From Candidatus Hydrogenedentota bacterium (lineage in GTDB: Bacteria; Hydrogenedentota; Hydrogenedentia; Hydrogenedentales; JAGMZX01): a stretch of DNA of 59,090 nucleotides. The position numbers and the translations under genes are program-made. The notes under the pieces are model-generated. The model was not told the origin of the DNA. It was given only the letters and a program-made list of their open reading frames with translations, and made no database searches. This document shows positions 44,970 to 54,658 of the stretch, in pieces (positions within the stretch are counted from its first letter, which is position 1; each line of letters begins with the position of its first letter). Where the stretch lies: NCBI GenBank assembly GCA_018005585.1, contig JAGMZX010000018.1, positions 1-59,090 of the forward strand, in the 5' to 3' direction.

Positions 44970-45308
44970 TGGTATCCGGGAAAGTGCCTGTTCGGAACGT
45001 AGCAAAGCCTGGGGACAGGCCGAGGGACTTGGTAGAAAGTTGAAACGGTAATGGAAAGTGGTGTGCGCAGGGACAGCGCACACCGGAATTGGGCGGGAAG
45101 GGCCGTTTGGGGCCGGCTTCCTGACGCAAACAGCGTTCCACGGCATAGGGACATGACCGCTGGAAGGCTGGGCGCGCCGGGAACAGGTGCCTGCCTCTGG
45201 CGGAGCTTCCCGGTGTACTGGGATGCGTCCGGTCCCCTGTGCGGGCCGGACGGCGCAATAAGGAGGCGCATGGAAGCGTCGCCTTAACCACTCATGGAGG
45301 ACAATGCT
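44970..45308 (+). promoter_or_regulatory. Long (about 340 nt) flagellin 5' leader with several GGA-in-loop hairpins (CsrA/RsmA-type sites)
   Basis: Hairpins at 45007-20 (loop GGGA), 45060-84 (9-bp stem, loop AGGGACA), about 45141-59 (loop AGGGAC) and 45265-80 (loop ATGGAA). ATGGAGG overlaps the SD. Confidence 0.6.
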
Positions 45309-46124
45309 ATGGGACTTAGGATTAACACCAATGTACCGGCGCTGAACACGGCGCGCGTCCTGAGGCGGTCCACGAACGCGTTGAACCAGTCGCTGGAACG
45401 GCTGTCGAGCGGCTTGCGGATCAACCGTGCGGCGGACGACGCGGCGGGACTGGCAATCGCGGAGGCGTTTCGCTCGCAGGTGCTGGGCACGCAAGTGGCG
45501 CAGCGCAATGCGCAGGACGGCGTCAGCCTCGTGCAGACGGCGGAAGGCGCGCTGAGCGAGACGACGAACATCCTGCAGCGTATCCGTGAACTGGCGGTGC
45601 AGTCGGCGAACGGCACGCAGAGCACGAGCAACCGCGCCGCGCTCGATGCGGAAGTGAAGCAGTTGCTGGCGCAGATCGACAGCATCGCGCTGGACACCGA
45701 CTACAACGGGATTCGCGTGCTGAGTTCGTCGCAGACGGTCACGCTGCAGTCGGGCGCGTACACGAGCCAGGTGCTGGCGGTGGTTGTTTCGGGCGCGAAG
45801 ACGAACGACCTTTCGGTGAACGCCGTGTCGGTTTCCACGATGGCGTTGGCGGTGTCGGCGATCAGCACGATCGACAACGCGATCCAGAGCGTGAACACCC
45901 TGCGCAGCAGCCTGGGCGCGTACCAGAACCGCCTGGAATTCACGATCAATACGCTGGCGATTCAAGAAGAGAACGCCGCCGCCTCGCAGAGCGCTATCCG
46001 CGATGCCGATATCGCGCAGGAAACGGTGTCGTTCACGCGCAATCAGATCCTGGTCAGCGCAGGCACATCGGTGCTGGCCCAAGCCAATATTGTGCCGCAG
46101 ACGGCGCTCCAACTGCTCGGTTAG
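45309..46124 (+). CDS. fliC: Flagellin, short form (271 aa), copy 1
   Basis: MGLRINTNVPAL, LERLSSGLRINRAADDAAGLAI, RIRELAVQSANGT, LGAYQNRLE, IRDADIAQE, VLAQAN. SD GGAGGA. Confidence 0.97.
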   Translation: MGLRINTNVPALNTARVLRRSTNALNQSLERLSSGLRINRAADDAAGLAIAEAFRSQVLGTQVAQRNAQDGVSLVQTAEGALSETTNILQRIRELAVQSANGTQSTSNRAALDAEVKQLLAQIDSIALDTDYNGIRVLSSSQTVTLQSGAYTSQVLAVVVSGAKTNDLSVNAVSVSTMALAVSAISTIDNAIQSVNTLRSSLGAYQNRLEFTINTLAIQEENAAASQSAIRDADIAQETVSFTRNQILVSAGTSVLAQANIVPQTALQLLG

Positions 46125-46149
46125 GCGCGCCGTTTCTCATAACTGTGCC

Positions 46150-46182
46150 GGCGGTTGGGCGCCGTTATAGCGCCCAACCGCC
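46150..46182 (+). terminator. Strong hairpin after flagellin 1 (terminator or mRNA-stabilising stem)
   Basis: Perfect 13-bp stem GGCGGTTGGGCGC/GCGCCCAACCGCC with a 7-nt loop. No U-tract, so termination is uncertain. Confidence 0.5.
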
Positions 46183-46341
46183 CCGCCAGGTATGTAGCGC
46201 CGGGACAGAACGCAGGTCGAGCCGTGATTGCGGCGCGTGCCGTGGGTGGATGAGTCGCGTCGTCCATCGATGGCAGTGTGCGTGAATGCATGGGAGGATC
46301 CAAGTTTAACTGTCTTGGGGCCATTCAAAGAGGGTTGAGTG

Positions 46342-47131
46342 ATGGGCCTGCGGGTTAATACCAATGTGCCCGCCATAAACGCGTCACGCCAGTTGGCGCG
46401 TTCTGCAAGCCGCCTGAATACGTCGCTCGAACGCTTATCCAGCGGTTTGCGGATGAACCGCGCCGCGGATAACGCGGCGGGGCTGGCAATCGCGGAGGCG
46501 TTTCGCTCGCGGGTGCTGGGCGCGCAAGTGGCGCAGCGCAATGCGCGGGACGATGGAAGGCGCGCTGAGCGAAACGACGAACATCCTGCAGCGCATCCGC
46601 GAGCTGGCGGTACAGTCCTCGAATGGCACGCAAAGCACGAGCAACCGCGCGGCGCTCGATGCGGAAGTGAAGCAGTTGCTGGCGCAAATCGACGGCATCG
46701 CGCTGGACACCGACTACAACGGGATTCGCGTGCTGAGTTCGTCGCAGACGGTCACGCTGCAGTCGGGCGCGTATACGAGCCAGGTGCTGGCCGTGGCCGT
46801 GAACGGCGTCAAGACGAACGACCTTTCGGTAAACGCCGTGTCGGTTTCCACGATGGCGCTGACGGTGTCGGCGATCAGCACGATCGACAACGCGATCCAG
46901 AGCGTGAACACCCTGCGCAGCAGCTTGGGCGCGTACCAGAACCGCCTGGAATTCACGACCAACACGCTGGCAATTCAAGAAGAGAACGCCGCCGCCTCGC
47001 AGAGCGCTATCCGCGACGCCGATATTGCTCAGGAGACCATGGACTATACCCGCAACCAGATTCTGGTCGGCACATCGGTCTTGGCGCAGGCCAACGTTTT
47101 ACCCCGGGCCACGCTGCGGTTGCTGGCGTAA
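46342..47131 (+). pseudogene. fliC: Flagellin copy 2, frameshifted by a 20-nt deletion at about 46549-46556, with an additional in-frame 6-nt deletion near the 3' end
   Basis: 790 nt = 816 - 20 - 6. The N-terminal flagellin frame (MGLRVNTNVPAI..AQRNAR) switches to the frame of ORF 46541-47131. Confidence 0.88.
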
Positions 47132-47349
47132 CGCAGCATTCGGACCGGGCGAAGCGCGTGACGACGCGTATGGCCGCGCACCGCGTCGTATACTGCGCCC
47201 GGTGGGGACGCGCGCGGAGAAAGGAGGGCCTGAGAATATTGCGCGAGCGGACGCCACGCCGGGACACGTGGCAGCCCCGTTCGCCTGTTCTTGTCGAAAG
47301 GTGGTAGTGGCAACGGAAGCCTGAGAACACAATTCAAGGAGGTAAGCTT

Positions 47350-48165
47350 ATGGGACTTCGGATCAATACCAATGTGCCCGCGCTGAACACGGCGCGCGTC
47401 CTGAGGCGGTCCACGAACGCGTTGAACCAGTCGCTGGAACGGCTGTCGAGCGGCTTGCGGATCAACCGTGCGGCGGACGACGCGGCGGGACTGGCAATCG
47501 CGGAGGCGTTTCGCTCGCAGGTGCTGGGCACGCAAGTGGCGCAGCGCAATGCGCAGGACGGCGTCAGCCTCGTGCAGACGGCGGAAGGCGCGCTGAGCGA
47601 GACGACGAACATCCTGCAGCGTATCCGTGAACTGGCGGTGCAGTCGGCGAACGGCACGCAGAGCACGAGCAACCGCGCCGCGCTCGATGCGGAAGTGAAG
47701 CAGTTGCTGGCGCAGATCGACAGCATCGCGCTGGACACCGACTACAACGGGATTCGCGTGCTGAGTTCGTCGCAGACGGTCACGCTGCAGTCGGGCGCGT
47801 ACACGAGCCAGGTGCTGGCGGTGGTTGTTTCGGGCGCGAAGACGAACGACCTTTCGGTGAACGCCGTGTCGGTTTCCACGATGGCGTTGGCGGTGTCGGC
47901 GATCAGCACGATCGACAACGCGATCCAGAGCGTGAACACCCTGCGCAGCAGCCTGGGCGCGTACCAGAACCGCCTGGAATTCACGATCAATACGCTGGCG
48001 ATTCAAGAAGAGAACGCCGCCGCCTCGCAGAGCGCTATCCGCGATGCCGACATCGCGCAGGAAACGGTCGGGTATACCCGCAACCAGATTCTGGTCAGCG
48101 CAGGCACATCGGTGCTTGCCCAAGCCAATATTGTGCCGCAGACCGCCCTGCTGCTCTTGAGCTAG
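47350..48165 (+). CDS. fliC: Flagellin, short form (271 aa), copy 3
   Basis: Same motifs as copy 1. DNA is identical to copy 1 over 47380-48050. SD AAGGAGG. Confidence 0.97.
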   Translation: MGLRINTNVPALNTARVLRRSTNALNQSLERLSSGLRINRAADDAAGLAIAEAFRSQVLGTQVAQRNAQDGVSLVQTAEGALSETTNILQRIRELAVQSANGTQSTSNRAALDAEVKQLLAQIDSIALDTDYNGIRVLSSSQTVTLQSGAYTSQVLAVVVSGAKTNDLSVNAVSVSTMALAVSAISTIDNAIQSVNTLRSSLGAYQNRLEFTINTLAIQEENAAASQSAIRDADIAQETVGYTRNQILVSAGTSVLAQANIVPQTALLLLS

Positions 48166-48289
48166 CAGGCCGGATAATGTTCTGCGGCCGCGCGCCGTCG
48201 GGCGCAGTCCAGACCGCGGCGGCGCTGGCCATGTGAAATAGGCCCGTTTCGTCGGGCATTGCGGCAAAGGCGTTTGCCGGAGCATGCAT

Positions 48290-48652
48290 ATGCGAGTGGA
48301 GCAGCATACGGAACAAGCCGCCGCGAGCTTGCTTTCCGCCCGTGCAGGTTCTTCGTCTGTTCCTGCTTTGCGTACCGCCGCAGGGGAACATGCCGGTCCG
48401 CGGCAGGTACAGCAGACGCAACGCCTGCACGATGGCGTGGAGCGTAAGAGAAAAACGGAGGCCGTTCCCATCGAGGAGCAGCGGCGCCGTACGGGTACTC
48501 GCATGCGCGTCGATGAGGCGACCAGCCGCATCGTAGGTCAATTGATTGACCAGAACAACAAAGTGATCAGGCAAGTCCCGCCGCAGGAACTGCTCGAAAT
48601 CGCGGCACAGTTCCGGCGGCTTCAGGGATTGATCTTTGACGAACGCGCCTGA
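48290..48652 (+). CDS. flaG: FlaG family flagellar protein
   Basis: C-terminal RIVGQLIDQNNKVIRQVPPQELLEIAAQFRRLQGLIFDERA and position directly after flagellin. Start at 48284 or 48290. Confidence 0.85.
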   Translation: MRVEQHTEQAAASLLSARAGSSSVPALRTAAGEHAGPRQVQQTQRLHDGVERKRKTEAVPIEEQRRRTGTRMRVDEATSRIVGQLIDQNNKVIRQVPPQELLEIAAQFRRLQGLIFDERA

Positions 48653-48911
48653 ACGAATTTTACTGGCGCGCGAGTCCTGCCCGGCCCCGGCGTCCTGCAG
48701 AGGACGCCGGGGCTTTCCCGGTCCGTGAAGCGGACGGCGCGGCCGCCGCGAAGACCTCGGTTTTCCAGCTTCCTTGCGCCGCGCGATTGCCTCGGATATG
48801 GCGCGGGTGTTAGCATTTGTGCCTCGGGGTAAGTGTTCGGACGCCGTGCTTCCCGTGTGCGTTGCGCCCGTCGCCGGTCTCATAAGAGAGCACGTTTACA
48901 GGAGCCGTACT

Positions 48912-51900
48912 ATGGAAGCGGAGAAACAGACTCAGGGCGCGTACCGCTGGTTTCGCATTTCCATCGCGGCATATCTGTTTGTGCTTGTGCTCGCGCTGAC
49001 CCCTTGGACTCCGGACCCGGCCGGCGACGTCAAGCGGCTGTTGCTGGCGGTGTTCAGCGCGTCATTAGCGACGGCATGGCTTGCGGCATCGTGGCGCATG
49101 GGCGTTCCCGTGCGCCGGCCGCGAATTGTGCTGGAAGTGCTGCTGGGCATGCTCGTGTGTTATGGCGCCGCCACGTTTCGCTCGCCCTATCCCGGGTTCA
49201 GCATAACGGAACTCGCGTTTTTTGGCGGCCTGTTTCTGCTCTATTTCGTGGCCAGTCAGGTATATACGAAGGAGCAGGAAGTACTCGGGCTGATGAAAAC
49301 GCTGTGTGCGGCCATGGTGCTGGCCGCGCTCTATGCGTTCTTGCAGAAAAGCGGCCTGGACCCGTTTCCATGGACCGGCCGCGAGCAGGACATCTACACC
49401 AATCTGCCGAGCACGTTCGGCAACCCGAACTACGCGGCGCACACGCTTGTACTTGCCCTGATCATGGCCGTGTTGCTTGCGCGGCACACGGCTGACCGCC
49501 GGGTCTGGGCGGTTGCCGCCCTGTTTGCCCTCTACCTGTACTTCACGGGGCAGCGCGGCGGGATTATCGGGCTCGGAGCCGCGGCTGTCCTGCTATTGAT
49601 GGCCGGTGGCGCATCGCGTCTCTTCTCCGGCGCGATCAAGCGCGTCGTGGTTGCGCTGCTGGTCACAGCGCTGGCGGGCGCTGCCGCCGGCGGGCTCTAC
49701 ATGCTTCAGAACAAGGCGCGTAACGGCGTAGCCCTGCCGCTCGACGGTTCCCTGTTGCTCCGGTACAACGGCTATCTGAATTCCGCCGCGATGATCCTCG
49801 ACAGGCCGCTCCTCGGACACGGCCCGGGGGTCTACGCGCTGACGACTCCCGTATACTGGACGACTTTCGAGCAGCAGTGGTTCGCCCAGGAGCAGTTGAT
49901 GAACGCGCACGTCCACAACGACTTGCTGGAAGTCGCCGTGGACGCGGGCCTGCCCGCCGCCGGGTTCTACCTTGCGCTGTTGCTGCTGGGGATATGCTAC
50001 GGCCTGCTGATGGCGTTCACGGCGCCTGATACGGCCAGACGCCGTCTCGGCTTTGCGTTTGCCGCCTTGTTCATGACGTTCCTGGTGGACGGGTTGTTCG
50101 GTTTCAATCTGCGTGTGCCCGTGTCGGCATCCGTGCTGTTTGTGTTGCTGGGCAGCCTGGAAGGGCTTTGGGTATCCCCCGATACGCGCGCTGCGCCCCT
50201 CCGCAAACCGGGCTTGCCCGGCGTTGCGTGGCGGCTGGGCATGGCGGGCGCCGCGGTGATCATCGCTGTCTGGGGCGCGCGGGTGTTTCTCTCCGAATTC
50301 ATGCTGCAGCGCGGCCTGAAACATCATCACCTGATGATGAAGGTGTTCAATGCGCCGCCGCAGGAAAAGCGTGACATGGACCCGCAGAAGGCCGCGGCAT
50401 TTGTCGAGGCGCAGCGGGCCGCTGCAAAGTCGGCCTTCACGTGGGGCGAACGGCTTGCTCCGTGGAACTACCTCTTTGGCGGGCGGATCGGCGAGACGGA
50501 GGCCGCGGCGCGCGCGTATGACGATGCGGCGCGGCACTTCGAGCGGGCGCTCGCGCTTAACCCGTATTATGTGCCGACGCTGGCCCGGCTCGCCGGAACC
50601 CGGCTTACGCAGGCGGAGGACGCGCTGGGTCCGGAAGGGGCGGCTCCGGCGGGGGACGTGACGGGTTTGCTGGATGAGGCGCTGCATTACGCTGATCGCA
50701 TCGGCGAATTGTGCCCCGTTTTCGCCCTTGCGGAAGAATTGAAGGGGCGCATCGCCTGCTTGCGGGCAAAATGCCTGGCGCGGCGCGACCCGCCCGCCGA
50801 CGGCGTCGAAGTCGAAGAGCAATGGAAACAGGGCGAGGCCCATCTGGAGCGCGCCATTCAATTGGGCGCGAGAAACCATATCGAACTATACCGGCTCCTG
50901 GCGCAAGTGCGCGAGACGCTGGCCGACCCCGAGGGCGCCGAGGAAGCGTTCGTGCGGGCTGTCCAGTCTAATCCGGACGATGCGGACTTGTGGGAGATGT
51001 TCTTCAGTTTCGCCATGCGCGCGGAGGTCTCCGAGCGAATCAAGAATACGCTGAACACGTTGATTGCGCATATTGTCAGCCTGGAGCCGCCGCGCCACGA
51101 CGCCGTGGCGAACGGCTATATCGCGCTGGCGCGATGTTTCGCGGAGACGAAGGATCTTGCCGGCGCCGATGACGCGATTGCCAGCGCCGCGCGTTACGGG
51201 ACCGGGCAGGAAGGCGTGTGGCGGGCGTTTGCCCAGTACGCAAACGAGCACGACCGGCTATTCCTGTATGAGCGCTGTCTGCGGGACGCCGTGCAGCAGG
51301 CCGCCGCGAACGGCGCGCCGGCCGAGCCCGCGCTCGCCATCGCCCATCTGCTGTTGGCGGAGATGTACGAAGGCAAGACTCCCCCGGCGGACGCCGCCGC
51401 GATCGAGGCCGCCTATCAGCAGGCCGTGCGGTTCGCGGCGGACCGCGCCGATGTCTGGGCGAACTACGCGAATTTCGCGCGCAGAAATGACCGCATGGAG
51501 ACGTTCAAGGAAACCCTGAAGACGACCTGCAACGCCACGCGCGGTGGCAGCGTCACGCCGCCCGCCTTCGTGCACGCGGTGTCGAACGTGATCGAACAAG
51601 GCCCCGCGGCGCTTGAACTGTCCACCTCGGTGCTGTTGCGCCAGTTCCGGGAGTATCCGTCCGGCAACGTGCGGCTCGTTACCGTGCATCTGAGTTGGGC
51701 GGCGCAATTGCTGTTCGAGGCGGCGGTGAATGCCCAGGGCAGCGAGCCCACCCTGTGCAGGACATGGCTCAACCTGGCCATTGTGCTGGCCGGCATGGAA
51801 CAGTACACGGCTGCCGAAAGCCTGTATCCGCGCGCGATGCAGTGCCTTGAAGGCGAGAATACCGCCATCGCGGGCATCCAATGGGCAGACACGCTTCAGC

Positions 51901-52127
51901 GCATGGGGCGGACCCCGGAAGCGCTCAACCTGCTGCGCGACTTGCTGGCGCGTTTCCCAGACATGCCCGAACTGCGACACGCCCACGCGCAGACGCTCGT
52001 GCGCAACCAGCAGATTCCCGAGGCGTTGCAGGAGTACGACGCGTTGCTGGACGTGCAGTACTTGCCGCCGAACGTGAAGGAACAGCTCGAAGCGGAGCGC
52101 AACGCACTTGTCCAGCCGCAGCCGTAA
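48912..52127 (+). CDS. O-antigen ligase/Wzy_C-family membrane protein with a long C-terminal TPR region
   Basis: STFGNPNY, FTGQRGG, RPLLGHGPG, HVHNDLLEVAVDAGL, followed by about 500 aa of TPR-like helices. RBS AGGAG at 48900. Confidence 0.85.
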   Translation: MEAEKQTQGAYRWFRISIAAYLFVLVLALTPWTPDPAGDVKRLLLAVFSASLATAWLAASWRMGVPVRRPRIVLEVLLGMLVCYGAATFRSPYPGFSITELAFFGGLFLLYFVASQVYTKEQEVLGLMKTLCAAMVLAALYAFLQKSGLDPFPWTGREQDIYTNLPSTFGNPNYAAHTLVLALIMAVLLARHTADRRVWAVAALFALYLYFTGQRGGIIGLGAAAVLLLMAGGASRLFSGAIKRVVVALLVTALAGAAAGGLYMLQNKARNGVALPLDGSLLLRYNGYLNSAAMILDRPLLGHGPGVYALTTPVYWTTFEQQWFAQEQLMNAHVHNDLLEVAVDAGLPAAGFYLALLLLGICYGLLMAFTAPDTARRRLGFAFAALFMTFLVDGLFGFNLRVPVSASVLFVLLGSLEGLWVSPDTRAAPLRKPGLPGVAWRLGMAGAAVIIAVWGARVFLSEFMLQRGLKHHHLMMKVFNAPPQEKRDMDPQKAAAFVEAQRAAAKSAFTWGERLAPWNYLFGGRIGETEAAARAYDDAARHFERALALNPYYVPTLARLAGTRLTQAEDALGPEGAAPAGDVTGLLDEALHYADRIGELCPVFALAEELKGRIACLRAKCLARRDPPADGVEVEEQWKQGEAHLERAIQLGARNHIELYRLLAQVRETLADPEGAEEAFVRAVQSNPDDADLWEMFFSFAMRAEVSERIKNTLNTLIAHIVSLEPPRHDAVANGYIALARCFAETKDLAGADDAIASAARYGTGQEGVWRAFAQYANEHDRLFLYERCLRDAVQQAAANGAPAEPALAIAHLLLAEMYEGKTPPADAAAIEAAYQQAVRFAADRADVWANYANFARRNDRMETFKETLKTTCNATRGGSVTPPAFVHAVSNVIEQGPAALELSTSVLLRQFREYPSGNVRLVTVHLSWAAQLLFEAAVNAQGSEPTLCRTWLNLAIVLAGMEQYTAAESLYPRAMQCLEGENTAIAGIQWADTLQRMGRTPEALNLLRDLLARFPDMPELRHAHAQTLVRNQQIPEALQEYDALLDVQYLPPNVKEQLEAERNALVQPQP

Positions 52128-52141
52128 ACCGCGTTACGGCA

Positions 52142-53200
52142 TCAGGGCACGAAGCTGGCGTCGCTCTTGAGCGCGCACACCCACTCGGCGATCAGTTTCG
52201 CGGCCTGCTCGACGTCCTTGAGCGAAACCAGTTCGACCGGCGTGTGCATGTACCGGTTTGGAATGCCGACCGTGGCCGTTGCCACGCCATCGCGGCTCAA
52301 TTGCATCGCGTTCGCATCGGTGCCGGTGCTCCGGGGCGCGGCACGGTGCTGGATCGGGATCTTGTGTTTCTCCGCGATGCGCACCAGCTCCGCGCGGACG
52401 ACAGGATTGATGTTGGGACCCCGGTCGAGGATGGGGCCGCAGTTGATCTTTGTGAGCCCGAAGCGGTCCCCGTCGCCGCGCGGATGATCCGTGGCCCACG
52501 CGACGTCGACGGCGATGCCCGCGTGCGGGTGGCAGCCATACGCGCTCGTGGTTGCGCCGCGCAAGCCGATCTCCTCCTGTACCGTGGTGACGCAGTACAC
52601 GGCGACTTCAACTTTCCGCTTTGCAAGCAGGCGCATGGTCTCGATGCACACGAACGCGCCGATACGGTCGTCCAGCGCGCGCGCCACAACCTTGTGATCG
52701 CGCAACGCCATGAAACCTACGTCAATCGTGACCGGGTCCCCGATCGCTACCAGCCTCTCCGCGTCCTTCCTGTCCTTCGCGCCGGTGTCAATCCACATCT
52801 CGTGAAAGTCGGTGAATTTCTTCCGGTCGTCCGGCGGCGTCAGGTGAATCGCCTTGCGTCCAATGACGCCCGGCACCGGCCCCCGCGCGCCGTGCACCAC
52901 TACGCGCTGACCCGGCAACGTAGCCGCGTCCACGCCGCCGATGGGCACGAACCCGATAAACCCCTTATCGTCAATGGTGTTCACCATCAGGCCAATCTCA
53001 TCGACGTGGCCCGCGAGCATGACGCGCAACGGCGCATTCTTGTTGCGCACCGCGTACTGGTTCCCGTGAACGTCCTTGTACACTTCATCAACGTAGGGCG
53101 CGACGTATTCGCGGCACGCCGCCTGCACCCGCTCCTCGAAACCGGACGGGCTCGGCGTGCTCAGCAACCGTTTCAAGAAATCGAGCGATTCCTGGCGCAT
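52142..53200 (-). CDS. M42 family metallo-aminopeptidase (TET/FrvX-like)
   Basis: AGHVDEIG, ALDDRIG, QEEIGLRGA, AVDV, RYMHTP. Confidence 0.93.
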   Translation of the reverse strand: MRQESLDFLKRLLSTPSPSGFEERVQAACREYVAPYVDEVYKDVHGNQYAVRNKNAPLRVMLAGHVDEIGLMVNTIDDKGFIGFVPIGGVDAATLPGQRVVVHGARGPVPGVIGRKAIHLTPPDDRKKFTDFHEMWIDTGAKDRKDAERLVAIGDPVTIDVGFMALRDHKVVARALDDRIGAFVCIETMRLLAKRKVEVAVYCVTTVQEEIGLRGATTSAYGCHPHAGIAVDVAWATDHPRGDGDRFGLTKINCGPILDRGPNINPVVRAELVRIAEKHKIPIQHRAAPRSTGTDANAMQLSRDGVATATVGIPNRYMHTPVELVSLKDVEQAAKLIAEWVCALKSDASFVP

Positions 53201-53275
53201 GACAAACTCTCCCTGGGGTTGACGCGAGGCCGTATAGTACCTTGTCGCGCACGCAAAACGACAATGGAGACCAGG

Positions 53276-54658
53276 TCACTTTCCGACGCAGAAGGTGGAG
53301 AAGATGATGCCGAGCAGGTCTTCGGGCGTGGTTTCGCCGGTGATTTCGCCGAGCGCCTGCAAAGCTTCGCGCAAGTCGATGGCGAGGAACTCGGGAGACT
53401 CGCCGGGGTGGCCGAGCATGCGTTCGAGCGCCGTGCAAGCGCGGCGCAGGCTGTCTTTCTGGTGCAGCCGGGTGATGAGGGCCTGGTCGGCCGCAATATG
53501 CGCGCCGCCCAGCAAGAGCCGGCCCAGGGCCGCCTCAAGGCCGTTCAGTCCTTCGCCGGTCAAGGCGGAAAGCCGGCAGACGGCGGCGGCATCGAGTCCC
53601 AGTGGCGGCGGTTCCGCTTCTGGGGCCAAATCCGTTTTATTGAGTACGATAACGATGGGCGTCGCGAGGGCGCCGAGGTCGCGCGCGATGGCCCGGTCCT
53701 CTTCGGTGAGCGGTTGCGAAGCGTCGATGACCAGAAGGATCAAATTCGCGTTTTGCAGCGCTTCCCGCGCGCGGTCGACGCCGATGCGCTCGACTTCGTC
53801 GTCCGTCGCGCGCAGCCCGGCCATATCGACGAGCCGCACGGGCACGCCCGCTATGGTGATGTACTCTTCGATGCGGTCGCGCGTCGTGCCCGCATGCGCC
53901 GAAACGATGGCCCGCGCGTCGCGGAGCAGCGCGTTGAACAGGCTTGACTTGCCGACGTTGGGGCGGCCCGCGATGGCCGCGACGGCGCCCTCGCGCACCA
54001 GCCGGCCTGCGTCCGCCGTGTCGATCAAGGCGAGCATGTCCGCGTGCGCATGGCGCAGTTCGTCAAGTAACGCGGGCGTCACGAGGTCCGGCAAGTCTTC
54101 CTCGGGGAAATCGACGGCGGCTTCGATGTGCGCCAGCGCGTGCCTTATCCGGTCGCGCATCGCGTGCAACTCGCGGGAGAGGCGGCCGCTGGCGGCGGCG
54201 TTGGCCGCGAGCAGCGCGGCGCGCGTGCGCGCGCGGATGGTGTCGATGACGGCCTCCGCCTGTACGAGGTCGATGCGCCCGTTGAGAAACGCGCGCAGCG
54301 TGAATTCGCCCGGCCTTGCGAGCCGCGCGCCCGCCTCGAGGCAGGCCTCGAGAATCGCGTTGAGCGGCGCCGCACCGCCGTGCGCATTGATCTCCACGAC
54401 GTCCTCGCGCGTATAGGAGCGCGGCGCGCGCATGACGTGCACGAGCACTTCGTCGAGCGCGTTGCCTCTCGCGTCGTGGATGTGGCCGTGGTGCACGCGC
54501 CGCCGCGCCGGCGCAAACGCGCGCCCGCGCGAGGGACGAAACACTCGTGCGGCAATGCCGAAGGCCTGCGCGCCGCTCAGGCGCACAATGCCGATGCCGC
54601 CTTCCCCCGGCGGGGTCGCAATGGCGGCGATGGTATCGTCATGCGCCAGCGTCTTCAC
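53276..54658 (-). CDS. mnmE: tRNA uridine-34 modification GTPase MnmE
   Basis: [50 protein letters not shown], terminal FCVGK. Confidence 0.97.
   Translation of the reverse strand: MKTLAHDDTIAAIATPPGEGGIGIVRLSGAQAFGIAARVFRPSRGRAFAPARRRVHHGHIHDARGNALDEVLVHVMRAPRSYTREDVVEINAHGGAAPLNAILEACLEAGARLARPGEFTLRAFLNGRIDLVQAEAVIDTIRARTRAALLAANAAASGRLSRELHAMRDRIRHALAHIEAAVDFPEEDLPDLVTPALLDELRHAHADMLALIDTADAGRLVREGAVAAIAGRPNVGKSSLFNALLRDARAIVSAHAGTTRDRIEEYITIAGVPVRLVDMAGLRATDDEVERIGVDRAREALQNANLILLVIDASQPLTEEDRAIARDLGALATPIVIVLNKTDLAPEAEPPPLGLDAAAVCRLSALTGEGLNGLEAALGRLLLGGAHIAADQALITRLHQKDSLRRACTALERMLGHPGESPEFLAIDLREALQALGEITGETTPEDLLGIIFSTFCVGK

Noticed and set aside
47268-47320. Sigma-54 or sigma-28 promoters for flagellin copies 2 and 3
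   Set aside because: TGGCA-like words lack the correctly spaced GC at -12, and no GCCGATAA-like box with a TAAA partner was found.
53815-53830. MnmE G3 motif reads DMAG rather than the usual DTAG
   Set aside because: It still fits DxxG and all other GTPase motifs and the CxGK tail are intact; a single substitution is not enough to claim altered function.
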